Shown piece by piece: positions 27,857-37,662 of a DNA stretch of 64,000 nucleotides (position 1 is its first letter; every line of letters begins with the position of its first letter). The notes beneath the pieces are model-generated. The model did not search any database. It worked only from the letters and a program-made list of their open reading frames with translations, and was not told the origin of the DNA. The stretch comes from Pseudomonadota bacterium. Lineage in GTDB: Bacteria > UBA10199 > 2-02-FULL-44-16 > JAAZCA01. The position numbers and the translations under genes were made by a program. Where the stretch lies: positions 17,765-81,764 of the forward strand of contig JAZDOG010000056.1 of assembly GCA_043798915.1 (NCBI GenBank), written 5' to 3'.

Positions 27857-27897
27857 TTGCCAAATAATGCATTAATGTATATAATGGATTCCATTAT
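27857..27897 (+). promoter_or_regulatory. Sigma70 promoter of hipBA overlapped by a palindromic operator
   Basis: TTGCCA-17 nt-TATAAT; perfect inverted repeat ATAATGGA-t-TCCATTAT (27881-27897); extra half-site ATAATGGA at 27841. Confidence 0.75.
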
Positions 27898-28222
27898 GAC
27901 AAAAAAAATGGTCTCCAATCTCCCCTCCGTGCAGAGGCTCCTGAGCGAACTGGGCGCCAATATCAGACTGGCACGGCTGCGCCGCAGATTTTCGGCGAGC
28001 CTGGTCGCGGAGCGGGCAGGGATATCCCGCCCGACACTGCGGAGCATTGAACGTGGCGAATCGAGTGTAACTCTGGGAGCATACGCGCGCGTCCTGCTGT
28101 GTCTGGGACTGGAGAAAGACTTGAGTTCCATCGCGCGGGATGACGCCTTGGGCCGCAAGATTCAGGACGCCCAACTGCCGCTCAGAGCGAGGGCTCCGCG
28201 CCATCGCGAGGAACACAAATGA
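27896..28222 (+). CDS. XRE/HipB-like HTH antitoxin
   Basis: LGANIRLARLRR..VAERAGISRPTLRSIERG; ATGA overlap with hipA. Confidence 0.88.
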   Translation: MTKKMVSNLPSVQRLLSELGANIRLARLRRRFSASLVAERAGISRPTLRSIERGESSVTLGAYARVLLCLGLEKDLSSIARDDALGRKIQDAQLPLRARAPRHREEHK

Positions 28223-29493
28223 AAAAAGAACAGCGGCGCATCGAGGTCTGGGCTCACTGGGCACCTCTGCCCCAGCCCGTTTTTGTGGGCATATTGTATG
28301 CTTCCCCGTCACGGGGAAAGGAGATATTCTCCTTCGAATATTCTCCTGACTGGCTGAAGAACACCTGTGCCCAGAGCTTTGATCCTTCTCTCGAACTCTA
28401 CAAAGGCCTCCAATATGCCCCTCAGGGAAAGGAGAACTTTGGTGTTTTTCTTGATTCTGCGCCCGACCGGTGGGGGCGCATCCTCATGCGCCGGCGTGAA
28501 GCTCAAGCTGCCCGCGAAGAGAAGCGGAAAGAACGCGTCCTCCATGAGTCTGATTATCTGCTGGGTGTCTATGACGGGCATCGCATGGGTGCTTTGCGGT
28601 TTCGCACGGCGTCGGACGGTCCATTCCTGGATGACAACACGGAGCTGGCAGTTCCTCCCTGGACATCCTTGCGCGAATTGGAACATGCGAGTCTGGAGCT
28701 GGAAAAAAACGGCGCTGAGAAGAACCGGGATTACGGCAAATGGCTGAGGATGCTGATGGCGCCCGGCGCCTCGCTGGGTGGTGCCCGCCCAAAAGCGGGT
28801 ATCATAGACGAAAAGGGCGGCCTGTGGATCGCCAAGTTCCCAAGCGCTCACGACGAAGTTGACAGCGGCGCCTGGGAAAAAGTCATCCACAAACTCGCTA
28901 TGCAGTGTCGCATCGAAACTTCAGAATCCTTGTCCCGCACTTTTGGCAGCCGGCATCACACTTTTCTCACCAGACGCTTTGATCGCACAGAGACGCGCGA
29001 GAGAATTCACTTCGCCTCTGCGATGACCCTCCTGCAGCGCTCTGATGGAGATGATGCGTCAACGGGCGCAAGCTACCTCGAACTTGCCGAGTTTATTATC
29101 CGCCAGGGGGCAGAGCCGAATCATGATTTGGAAGAACTTTGGCGCCGCATCATCTTTTTCATCTGTACTTCCAACGCGGATGACCATCTGCGCAATCACG
29201 GATTTTTGCTCTCTCCCACGGGATGGCGCCTATCGCCTGCCTATGATATGAATCCAGTTCCCGCCGCCAATGGGCTTCGGCTGAATATCTCTGAAACGGA
29301 CAACGCTCAAAACCTTGAACTCGCCAGGGAGATCGCCCCTTTTTTTCGGGTAAAGTCCGGGAGAGTCACGGAAATCATCAAGCAAGTCACCACTCAAGTG
29401 CGAAGCTGGCGCAAAATCGCGAAGACCCTTCGAATTTCTGCCGGGGAAATCGACCGCATGGCGCGCGCCTTTCGTATTGCTGAGGAAGTTTAG
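28219..29493 (+). CDS. hipA: HipA-family kinase toxin
   Basis: DSAPDRWGR, SLGGARPKA, IAKFP, RRFDR, NADDHLRNHGF and LSPAYDMNP. Confidence 0.93.
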   Translation: MKKEQRRIEVWAHWAPLPQPVFVGILYASPSRGKEIFSFEYSPDWLKNTCAQSFDPSLELYKGLQYAPQGKENFGVFLDSAPDRWGRILMRRREAQAAREEKRKERVLHESDYLLGVYDGHRMGALRFRTASDGPFLDDNTELAVPPWTSLRELEHASLELEKNGAEKNRDYGKWLRMLMAPGASLGGARPKAGIIDEKGGLWIAKFPSAHDEVDSGAWEKVIHKLAMQCRIETSESLSRTFGSRHHTFLTRRFDRTETRERIHFASAMTLLQRSDGDDASTGASYLELAEFIIRQGAEPNHDLEELWRRIIFFICTSNADDHLRNHGFLLSPTGWRLSPAYDMNPVPAANGLRLNISETDNAQNLELAREIAPFFRVKSGRVTEIIKQVTTQVRSWRKIAKTLRISAGEIDRMARAFRIAEEV

Positions 29494-29499
29494 CAGTGG

Positions 29500-31440
29500 T
29501 CAGGACCTGATCATTCTCAGAAAATCATCTTCAGATATGATCTTTACCTTGCCGCCAGCGGCGGCGAGTTTCTTGGCCTTGTCGAGCTTCGAGCCGGCGC
29601 CACCTTCGGCACCCACCACGAGATAATCGAGCGTCTTCGTCACCGATTGCGCGGCATCGCCGCCCTTCTCCTCGACTAGTTTCTGCGCCTCCGACCTCTC
29701 CATCGATTCCAGGCTCCCTGTGAAGAGGAACGACTTGCCGGCGAGCGAACCCCGCTGAACCTTGGCAGCGCTCTTTGCTACCGTCACGTGCTTCAGGAGC
29801 CTGTCGATCAGGCGCCGCTTTGCCTTCAGCCCCAGGACGACCTCATGCGCGATGACCTCGCCGAACGTGTGGATCTCCGAGAGTTCATCCTCGGTGAGCG
29901 ACATCACCTTTTCGAGCGAGCCGTACTTTTCAAGGATGCCGGCCGCATGTTTTCCGAGCTCGCGTATTCCAAGGCCCTGAAGAAAGGCGCCGAGCGGCAT
30001 CCGTTTTTTAGCGGCGACGTTGGCGAGGAGCTTCTCCGCAAGAGTGTCGCCCATCCGCTCGAGCCCCAGGAGCTCGTCCTTCGTGATCTCATAGAGCTCC
30101 GAAGGGTCCGTCACGATGCCGCTCTCATAGAGCCTGGCGAGAAGCTTTTCCCCGAAGCCGTCTATGCCGGCGGTCTTCACAAAATGAGAAAGTTCGCCTA
30201 TTTTTTTCTGCACACACTTTTTTGGGTTAGTGCAGTAAAGAGAGTCTTCTCTGAGTTCCGTGGGAGCACCGCAAGAAGGACACGTTTTTGGAATTGCAAC
30301 TGGTCTACCACCATGCTGAACAACTTCCTCAACATTAGGTATTACGCCACCTCTGCGCATCATCACAATCTTGTCGTCAATTCCAACTCCTAGCTTATTC
30401 AATATGCCAACATTGTGAAGCGAGGCTCTTGTGACAGTCGCCCCCGAAAGCTTAACGGGTTTCACAATAGCCACTGGCGTTATAACCCCTGTTCTCGCGA
30501 CACTCCAGACAACATTAACAAGCCTAGTTGCTCCTGATTCACCCTGGTATTTGTACGCTATTGCCCACTTAGGATGATGTGCAGTGGAACCCAAGCGGGT
30601 CTGTTCAGAAACGTGATTGGCTTTAAACACAACACCGTCTGTCTCAAAATCGTTCTTGTTGCGCTTATTAAGAAAATCCTCATATGCTTTTTGCAACTCA
30701 TCACTATTAATTAAAACGGTGTCGACGACATGAAATTTGTTATTTGTCAAAGCTTTTCTTTTTTCAATTTCAGTTTGTACCTTAGTTCGCAATAAATCAT
30801 ATGCGAGAAATTTGAGTTTATATTCTCCTGTTTTCTTTGGATCCTTCTGTTTTATTGCTCCGGCGGCCAGATTCCTTGGGTTGGCAAAATCTTGTTGATA
30901 TCGTTTAAAGACACTGAGCGGCATATACACTTCGCCGCGGACTTCGACATTTTTCATATTTACCGTTTTTGGAATTGAGCTTATCTCTTTAATGTTTTCG
31001 GTAATATCCTCGCCTTCAACTCCATCACCCCTCGTAACTGCCTGAACAAGCTTCCCATCTTCATCGTACTTTATTGATACCGCACAACCATCAATCTTTG
31101 GAGAAGCTATAATGCTACCGAGTATCTTGGAGACCCAATCACTTATAGTATTTTCATCATAGCACTTATCAAGAGAAAGCATTGGTTGTTCATGACGAAC
31201 GCTAGTCGGAATTTTTGTACCACTCCACAATTCCAACTGTCCTTTTATCTCCGGAACATCCGAAGGTATTTCTTTCAGCACAGGAGAATCGGGCTTGCGC
31301 CTCTTGAGCTCTTCCACGAGGCGGTCGAACTCGTAGTCTTCGATCTCGCGCACATGCTTCACGAAGTAGAGGCGGTTGTGCCGGCTGACCTCGGCCTCGA
31401 GTTCCTCCACCGACATCTTTTCCCACGCGCCCTTGCCCAT
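29500..31440 (-). CDS. ligA: NAD-dependent DNA ligase
   Basis: PMLSL, KIDG, TRGDG, EVRGE, NPRN, DGVVFK, zinc finger CPSC, HhH repeats and BRCT domain; start position is approximate. Confidence 0.96.
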   Translation of the reverse strand: MGKGAWEKMSVEELEAEVSRHNRLYFVKHVREIEDYEFDRLVEELKRRKPDSPVLKEIPSDVPEIKGQLELWSGTKIPTSVRHEQPMLSLDKCYDENTISDWVSKILGSIIASPKIDGCAVSIKYDEDGKLVQAVTRGDGVEGEDITENIKEISSIPKTVNMKNVEVRGEVYMPLSVFKRYQQDFANPRNLAAGAIKQKDPKKTGEYKLKFLAYDLLRTKVQTEIEKRKALTNNKFHVVDTVLINSDELQKAYEDFLNKRNKNDFETDGVVFKANHVSEQTRLGSTAHHPKWAIAYKYQGESGATRLVNVVWSVARTGVITPVAIVKPVKLSGATVTRASLHNVGILNKLGVGIDDKIVMMRRGGVIPNVEEVVQHGGRPVAIPKTCPSCGAPTELREDSLYCTNPKKCVQKKIGELSHFVKTAGIDGFGEKLLARLYESGIVTDPSELYEITKDELLGLERMGDTLAEKLLANVAAKKRMPLGAFLQGLGIRELGKHAAGILEKYGSLEKVMSLTEDELSEIHTFGEVIAHEVVLGLKAKRRLIDRLLKHVTVAKSAAKVQRGSLAGKSFLFTGSLESMERSEAQKLVEEKGGDAAQSVTKTLDYLVVGAEGGAGSKLDKAKKLAAAGGKVKIISEDDFLRMIRS

Positions 31441-31528
31441 GATTTCGCTTTTCTTTCCGCCTGCCGCCTGATAAAAAGCCCTCATAATCTAGCAAATAAT
31501 CTTTTAATATCAAGGAGTAATATAAACC

Positions 31529-34081
31529 ATGGCCACCCAGACATTCACGCTCGAAAATGGCATGCAGGTCATCCTCGAAGAGAATCACGCCGCAAAGGTG
31601 GTTTCGTTCAACGCGCTGGTGAAGGTGGGCAGCGCAAACGAGACCGACAAGGAGGCCGGGATCTGCCACGTCATCGAGCACATGCTCTTCAAGGGCACGC
31701 CCACGCGCCCCGCCGGCACGATCGCAAGGGACGTGGAGGCCGCCGGCGGCGAGATCAACGCCTACACATCCATCGACCAGACGGTGTTCTACATAAACAT
31801 GGCGACCCGCTTCGCCGACCGCGGGCTCTCGATCCTTGCCGATGCGGTCCTCAACCCGCTCTTCGACGCTGAGGAACTCGAGCGCGAGAAAGAGGTGATA
31901 CTCGAGGAGATCCGCCGCGAAAATGACAACCCGGGCAGGATGGCGACCGAACATCTCTTTCATACGGCGTTTGCGACCCACACGTACGGCCGCCCGATCA
32001 TCGGCTTTCCGAATACGGTCAAGTCGTTCACGCGGGCCGAGATCCTCGATTTTTATCGCCGGTGGTATTCGCCGCGCAATATCGTCTTCATAGCGGTGGG
32101 GGATTTTGAAACCGGGAAAGCACTCGCCGACATCCGCGCTCAATTTGCCCCCGCGAGAGGCTCAGAGGCGCCCTCCGGCGTCGCCGTTCCCGAGCCGCCG
32201 CAGACGGGGTTCAGGCTGATGGTGAAGCCTATGAACATACAGAGCGCGTACCTCTCGCTAGGCTTTCACATCCCCGAGATCACGCACGCGGACATCCCGG
32301 CGCTCGACGCGCTCTCGCATATCATGGGCGGCGCAGATTCATCGAGGCTCGAGCAGGAGATAAAAGAGAAGCAGCGCCTCGTGCACAACATCTATTCGTA
32401 CGCATTCACGCCGAAGGATCCCGGGCTCCTCGTGGTCGGTGCGATGCTCGCGGACCGCGACGTCGAAAAAGCGATCAAGGCGATCCGGCGAGAGGTCGAT
32501 CGGCTCAAGGAAGAGACCGTCGGCTCCGAGGAGCTCTCCAGAGCCAAGCTCAACATCCGCTCAAACGAGATATACGAGAAGGAGACGGTGGGCGGCCAGG
32601 CCGGCAAGCTCGCCTACTTCCTCGCCACAGCCGGAAACTATGAATTTGAAAAACGCTACTACCAGATGCTCTCCGACGTAGGCATCCAGACGGTGAGAGA
32701 GGCCGCGGAGCGCTATTTGAGCTTCGACAACTGCACCGCTGTGCTGCTCGTGCCGGAGGGTTCGGCGTGGGTGAAGTCAAAGGCGCCCCTCGAGCGCGCG
32801 CTCGCTCCGTCGAAAAAACTTAAGGTCGCAGCTGCGGCGCGGGCGGTGCCTAAACCGGAAAAGATTCGCCTGAAAAACGGCGCGACGATGATAGTGATCG
32901 AGAACCACAATCTCCCGCTCGTCGCGATGTGCGCCGCCGTGCCAGGCGGCACGCGATTCGAGACCCGGAAGAACAACGGCATTTCCGGACTTCTGTCGCG
33001 CACCCTGACGAAGGGCACAGAGTCCCGCACGGCAATCGACATAGCGCGCGACATCGAGAAGATGGCGGGCCACATCGACGCGTTTGCCGGGCGAAACACC
33101 GTGGGCCTCAAGTGCGAGTTCTTGAGCGAGCATCTCGACGACGGCTTCGATCTCTTCGCGGATATCCTTGCGAACCCGTCGTTCTCTGCGGATGAAGTGG
33201 CTAAGGAGCGGAGGCTAGTCCTGCAGGCGATCAAGGATCAGGAGGACGCCCTCTCCGCGTTTACCTTCGCCGAGTTTCTGAAGACCCTGTTCCCGAAGCA
33301 TCCATACGGCCTTCGGACCATCGGAACGGTCGAGGCCGTCAAAAAACTCACGCGCGCCGATCTCGTGCGCTATCACCGCGGCGTCGTCCGCGCCGGGAAC
33401 CTTGCGCTCACCGTCGTGGGTGATGTGAGCCGGCAAGAGGTGGAGCGGCTCGCCAACGAGATGCTCGCCGGGCTACCCAAAGGCAAATCGGCCGCCCCGA
33501 AGCTCGCCATCGACCCGCCGCCCTCGACGATCCGCGAGACGTTTGTCAAAAAGAGAGAGAAACAGCAGGCGCACATCGTGCTCGGCTTTCAGGGGACCAC
33601 CTACAAAAGCCGCGATCGCTATACGATGTCAGTCCTCAACAACATCATGGCCGGCCAGGGCGGCCGGCTCTTCGCAACGCTCAGGGACAAGATGAGCCTC
33701 GCCTATGCCGTGAGCTCGATGCACCAGGAGGGGATCGAACCCGGATACTTCGCCGTCTACATCGGCACCGACCCCGCCAAGGAAAAGAAGGCGATCAAGG
33801 GCATATTGGAGGAACTGAAACGGATCTGCGCCGAGGCCGTGAGCGAAGATGAGATCGACAGATCGAAGCAGTATCTCGTCGGCGCCTATGAGCTCGACAT
33901 GCAGCGCTCAGGAACCCTGGCAGGCCTGTATGCCTTCAACGAGGTGTACGGCCTCGACATGGGCGAGATCGAGCGATACCCGGCCCGCATCCTCGCAATC
34001 ACACGCGACGACGTCCTCCGCGTGGCCCGCCGCTACATCCACCCCGATGCCTACACGCTGGCGGTCGTAAAACCAGCGTGA
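31529..34081 (+). CDS. M16 family (pitrilysin-like) zinc protease
   Basis: HVIEH inverted zinc motif, INAYTS, duplicated M16 halves; AAGGAG SD. Confidence 0.93.
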   Translation: MATQTFTLENGMQVILEENHAAKVVSFNALVKVGSANETDKEAGICHVIEHMLFKGTPTRPAGTIARDVEAAGGEINAYTSIDQTVFYINMATRFADRGLSILADAVLNPLFDAEELEREKEVILEEIRRENDNPGRMATEHLFHTAFATHTYGRPIIGFPNTVKSFTRAEILDFYRRWYSPRNIVFIAVGDFETGKALADIRAQFAPARGSEAPSGVAVPEPPQTGFRLMVKPMNIQSAYLSLGFHIPEITHADIPALDALSHIMGGADSSRLEQEIKEKQRLVHNIYSYAFTPKDPGLLVVGAMLADRDVEKAIKAIRREVDRLKEETVGSEELSRAKLNIRSNEIYEKETVGGQAGKLAYFLATAGNYEFEKRYYQMLSDVGIQTVREAAERYLSFDNCTAVLLVPEGSAWVKSKAPLERALAPSKKLKVAAAARAVPKPEKIRLKNGATMIVIENHNLPLVAMCAAVPGGTRFETRKNNGISGLLSRTLTKGTESRTAIDIARDIEKMAGHIDAFAGRNTVGLKCEFLSEHLDDGFDLFADILANPSFSADEVAKERRLVLQAIKDQEDALSAFTFAEFLKTLFPKHPYGLRTIGTVEAVKKLTRADLVRYHRGVVRAGNLALTVVGDVSRQEVERLANEMLAGLPKGKSAAPKLAIDPPPSTIRETFVKKREKQQAHIVLGFQGTTYKSRDRYTMSVLNNIMAGQGGRLFATLRDKMSLAYAVSSMHQEGIEPGYFAVYIGTDPAKEKKAIKGILEELKRICAEAVSEDEIDRSKQYLVGAYELDMQRSGTLAGLYAFNEVYGLDMGEIERYPARILAITRDDVLRVARRYIHPDAYTLAVVKPA

Positions 34082-34088
34082 CCCCCTT

Positions 34089-34376
34089 TCAATCCCAGAA
34101 TTCAGTTTCTTTCCCGCGTTTCATCCTGCCTCCGCACTTCGGGCAGGGCATCTTCTTCGCGTCCCAAGGTTCAAGAGAGCAGATATGGCATTTGGGGCAA
34201 GACAAACGGTTGCGCGATTTATCAGATGAATCCCCCCCAACCTCCACGTCGACCAGATCCTTGCACCACTTGCAGTCCATAGTCTCCGTTACAGCAAGTA
34301 TCCCGCAGTCCGGTCCGCCGGAGACTTCGACCGAGTGGCCGCACTTGCTGCACGTGAACTCAAAAATCACGCCCAT
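34089..34376 (-). CDS. Small zinc-ribbon protein (95 aa, four CxxC)
   Basis: CSKC, CKWC, CPKC and CPKC; SD GAAGGAGAGG; starts 10 nt after the trypsin gene stop. Confidence 0.7.
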   Translation of the reverse strand: MGVIFEFTCSKCGHSVEVSGGPDCGILAVTETMDCKWCKDLVDVEVGGDSSDKSRNRLSCPKCHICSLEPWDAKKMPCPKCGGRMKRGKETEFWD

Positions 34377-34386
34377 ATCCTCTCCT

Positions 34387-35268
34387 TCAGCCCTCGCAAA
34401 ATGCGACGTTGTTGTCGCGCATGAATTGTTTGAGAACGTCGACATGCACACAGTGCCCGACGTGCAGGAATGCGCTGTCTTTGAGTCTGCGCGTTTGCCC
34501 ATTGCGGATGACATCCATGTCGACGTCGAAATCCAGATCAAGATGCGCCGTTGCGGCCTGCATGCCCCAGATTCGGGCAGCTGCGTCGAATGCCGGGCCA
34601 CCGCTCTGGCCGCGGAGACCGGGCGTGCTGAGTTCAAAACCTGCGACACCGCCGGGCCCCGATACAAGTCTGGTCAGCATACCTTCGATGGGAAATTGCG
34701 GCGTGTCGCGTCGCCCTGACGTCGTCCATCTGATTTGCTCTGCAGCTTGATCGTATTCGAAATTTGTAAACTCTGGGAACGGAAACCCAAGTCGACACAG
34801 AAACTTGCCTTGTTTGAGACCCTGACCGTCACGAGCAAAGACCGGAAAGGCCGACGCCCCCAACCGAGTGAAGTTCTTAAACTTCAGCAGAGCAACATCT
34901 GCGGAAGGATGCGCGCAAGCTTCGAGCTCCAAAGGACCCTCAACACAGTTCACAAAGTTGTTATAAATCTCGACGGGAACCCCGGCGGTCAATCCGTGCT
35001 TTCGTTCCAAGGCCCGGAACAGTTGTTTTGATTTCTTACCAACTGGGATATTCGCTCTTTCGGCTTTGAAGCTGGCAAACCTCTGCAGCAATTGCTGGGA
35101 AAGCGTCAACTGCGTGGCAACGTGTTTACAGGTGAGCGCCCAGCCATCTGCGTTTACGAAGAAAAGTGTAGCGGAACCGGGCACAACTGTAGTCGAACCC
35201 CAGACCCTTGAAATGGAATGAATTGGCCGCGTGAACGCCGACGCCATTTCTATAGCCCTTACGAACAT
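34387..35268 (-). CDS. Cytoplasmic trypsin-like (S1) serine protease
   Basis: LTCKHV (His), DVALL (Asp) and GQSGGP (Ser); no signal peptide. Confidence 0.85.
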   Translation of the reverse strand: MFVRAIEMASAFTRPIHSISRVWGSTTVVPGSATLFFVNADGWALTCKHVATQLTLSQQLLQRFASFKAERANIPVGKKSKQLFRALERKHGLTAGVPVEIYNNFVNCVEGPLELEACAHPSADVALLKFKNFTRLGASAFPVFARDGQGLKQGKFLCRLGFPFPEFTNFEYDQAAEQIRWTTSGRRDTPQFPIEGMLTRLVSGPGGVAGFELSTPGLRGQSGGPAFDAAARIWGMQAATAHLDLDFDVDMDVIRNGQTRRLKDSAFLHVGHCVHVDVLKQFMRDNNVAFCEG

Positions 35269-35372
35269 GATGACAGCCCCCCAGATCGGGGTCTGAGGTT
35301 AACGCAATACTCAAGACTCGTCGACTTTTTTGTATGGATTTATTGGCCTTGCTCCGCTACCAGAGGTCTTGA

Positions 35373-36284
35373 ATGATTCCCTTTATTCACATCGAGCCAT
35401 TCATCATCGGCCCCATGGTCGTTTCGCCGTTCGGCGTCCTCTTGGGGCTGGCGATCATCGCCGGCTATGAGCTCTCCCGCTGGCGCGGCGATCGCCTCGG
35501 GCTGGATCCGTCCGAACTCCATTATTTCATCATGGCGATACTCATCGGCGGGCTAGCCGGAGCCCATGTCTTCGACGCGCTGTTCTACTATCCGCGGGAG
35601 GTCATGGCCCGGCCGCTGCTGCTTTTGGAGATGTGGAACGGCATCAGCTCGTTCGGCGGCTTTGCCGGCGCAGTGATCGGCGGACTCATCTGGAAATATT
35701 TTGAGAGGCGCCCGGCGGCAGTAGGAGGAATACTTCAGCGCATTCGCCCCGTGCGCCGCGCGAGGCCCGCCCTGATCCTTCCGTATGCAGACGTGGCGTT
35801 TTCAGTCTTTCCGATCGCGTTCTTCTTTGGACGCATGGGATGCGCCATCGACCACGACCACCCCGGCATACTCGCGCCCATAGGGTCCTGGCTGGCGGTC
35901 GCGTTCGGTCCAGGTCCGGCAAGGCATCTGGGATTTATCGAGCTGCGCTACGGAACCTTGCCGCGCTATGATCTCGGGCTGCTCGAGATGCTCTTTTCGG
36001 CGCTGCTGGCCCTCACATTCATGCTGATGTGGCGCAGCAAACGGGTGTGCGGCTGGTACATCGCGGTATCGTGCATCCTCTACGCGCCGGTGCGATTCCT
36101 TCTCGATTTCTTGAGGAGCGACGATCCCCAAGTCGGGGATCTGCGCTATGCCGGCCTCACGCCGGCACAGTGGGCCTCGTTCGCGCTGTTTGCATGCGGC
36201 ATCGTCATGGCAATCCGCATTTACACCACCGGTCGCGGAGCAAATGCCGCGCCCTGCCGGCCTCGACTCAAAACGAAACGTTGA
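35373..36284 (+). CDS. lgt: Prolipoprotein diacylglyceryl transferase family protein
   Basis: [32 protein letters not shown] and GLTPAQW; multiple TMs. Confidence 0.85.
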   Translation: MIPFIHIEPFIIGPMVVSPFGVLLGLAIIAGYELSRWRGDRLGLDPSELHYFIMAILIGGLAGAHVFDALFYYPREVMARPLLLLEMWNGISSFGGFAGAVIGGLIWKYFERRPAAVGGILQRIRPVRRARPALILPYADVAFSVFPIAFFFGRMGCAIDHDHPGILAPIGSWLAVAFGPGPARHLGFIELRYGTLPRYDLGLLEMLFSALLALTFMLMWRSKRVCGWYIAVSCILYAPVRFLLDFLRSDDPQVGDLRYAGLTPAQWASFALFACGIVMAIRIYTTGRGANAAPCRPRLKTKR

Positions 36285-36819
36285 CCGGCTTCTTGTCCTC
36301 ATCGCTCTCAAGGCTGAAAAAATCCTTCGGCTTGAACTCAAACATCGAGGCTATCAGATTGGAGGGGAACATCTGTATTTTGTTGTTAAAGTTCATGACC
36401 GAGTCGTTGTAAAACTGTCTTGCGAACGATATCTTGTTCTCCGTGGCCGCCAATTCTCCCTGCAGAGACAAAAAATTCTCATTGGCCTTCAGCTGGGGAT
36501 AGTTTTCGCTCACAGCGATGAGGCTCTTCAGCGCCTGCGTCAGCATCCCCTCGCACTTTGCGACATCTGGAACCTCCTTGGCGTCCATGCACGCGCTCCT
36601 CGCCTTGGTCACGTCCTCAAATACCGTTTTTTCGTGGCCGGCATAGCCCTTCACCGACTCGACGAGATTAGGTATCAGGTCGTGCCGCCTTTTGAGCTGA
36701 ATGGCTATCTGCGACCATGCGTTTTCTGCGGCATTGCGAAGGCGCACCAGGCCGTTATAGGCAACACCCGCCCAGACACAAATGACCAAAGCTATTAAGA
36801 CCACCACTGGAACGAACAT
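36268..36819 (-). CDS. lemA: LemA family protein
   Basis: [30 protein letters not shown] and FPSNLIA. Confidence 0.95.
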   Translation of the reverse strand: MFVPVVVLIALVICVWAGVAYNGLVRLRNAAENAWSQIAIQLKRRHDLIPNLVESVKGYAGHEKTVFEDVTKARSACMDAKEVPDVAKCEGMLTQALKSLIAVSENYPQLKANENFLSLQGELAATENKISFARQFYNDSVMNFNNKIQMFPSNLIASMFEFKPKDFFSLESDEDKKPVNVSF

Positions 36820-36880
36820 ATCGCCTCCTCTTTTTTGTTAAGAGCGCCTGTTTGCGAACTTACACGTCGGGAAATGTCCC

Positions 36881-37624
36881 CTAAAAAAGCAAGTCTTCAA
36901 GGTCCGGGATCGCGTCGGTGACAGGCCCTTCGTCCTTGGGGACGGGGCGGGGCCTGGCGTTCGCCGGGGCTGGCTTGGAGAAGCCGTGGCGATAGAGCGG
37001 CAGGTCGTCCGAGTTGCCCTGCACCACATCGATGCGGTGCCTGCTCTGGCGCTCCCATTTCCTGAGCGCCTTCTCGAGGAGCGGCTGGTTCATCGACCAC
37101 AGGAGGTTGTGGTCCCCCTCGATCTTCTGCTCGGAGAAGAGGCGATAGCCGATCGAGAAGGTCTGAAAGCCGCTCTCGTCGGGCCCGCCCCAGACGATGA
37201 AGTTGGCCGGCTCCTGGATCTGGAGCCTCACCGGCTTGTCCGGGTCCCACTCGGTCCGGAGGAAACCGACTATGTTCATGTTGAGGCGCATGCTCCAGAT
37301 GGGTTCCGTGAGCCCCTTCATCACGAGCATCAGCTCGTCCAGAAACGTCATCTGGTTCAGGTTCTCTTTGGTAACCCGCTTCGAACCGTTGTAGGTCGTC
37401 ACCTCGATGTTGTCCGGCACCACGATCCCGAAGAAGGCCCTGAGGAAATTGAAGACCTGCTCGAAGACCCAGACGTTCGTCTCCTCGGCATTCATCCGGG
37501 TGAAGTCCACGTGCGCGTCAAACCCCCAGCTGCCCACGACCTGTCCCCTCGTGCTCGACTCATAGAGGAAGTCATCCAGCCCCGTGGCGATCTGCCCGCT
37601 GTCTGATGTGGCGCCCTGTGCCAT
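36881..37624 (-). CDS. Hypothetical protein (247 aa)
   Basis: Native GC-rich codon usage; own promoter-like element TGGACA-18 nt-TACGAT; no motif recognised. Confidence 0.75.
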   Translation of the reverse strand: MAQGATSDSGQIATGLDDFLYESSTRGQVVGSWGFDAHVDFTRMNAEETNVWVFEQVFNFLRAFFGIVVPDNIEVTTYNGSKRVTKENLNQMTFLDELMLVMKGLTEPIWSMRLNMNIVGFLRTEWDPDKPVRLQIQEPANFIVWGGPDESGFQTFSIGYRLFSEQKIEGDHNLLWSMNQPLLEKALRKWERQSRHRIDVVQGNSDDLPLYRHGFSKPAPANARPRPVPKDEGPVTDAIPDLEDLLF

Positions 37625-37662
37625 ATGGAGATCGTATCCTAAAAACGCTCTGCCTGTCCAGG

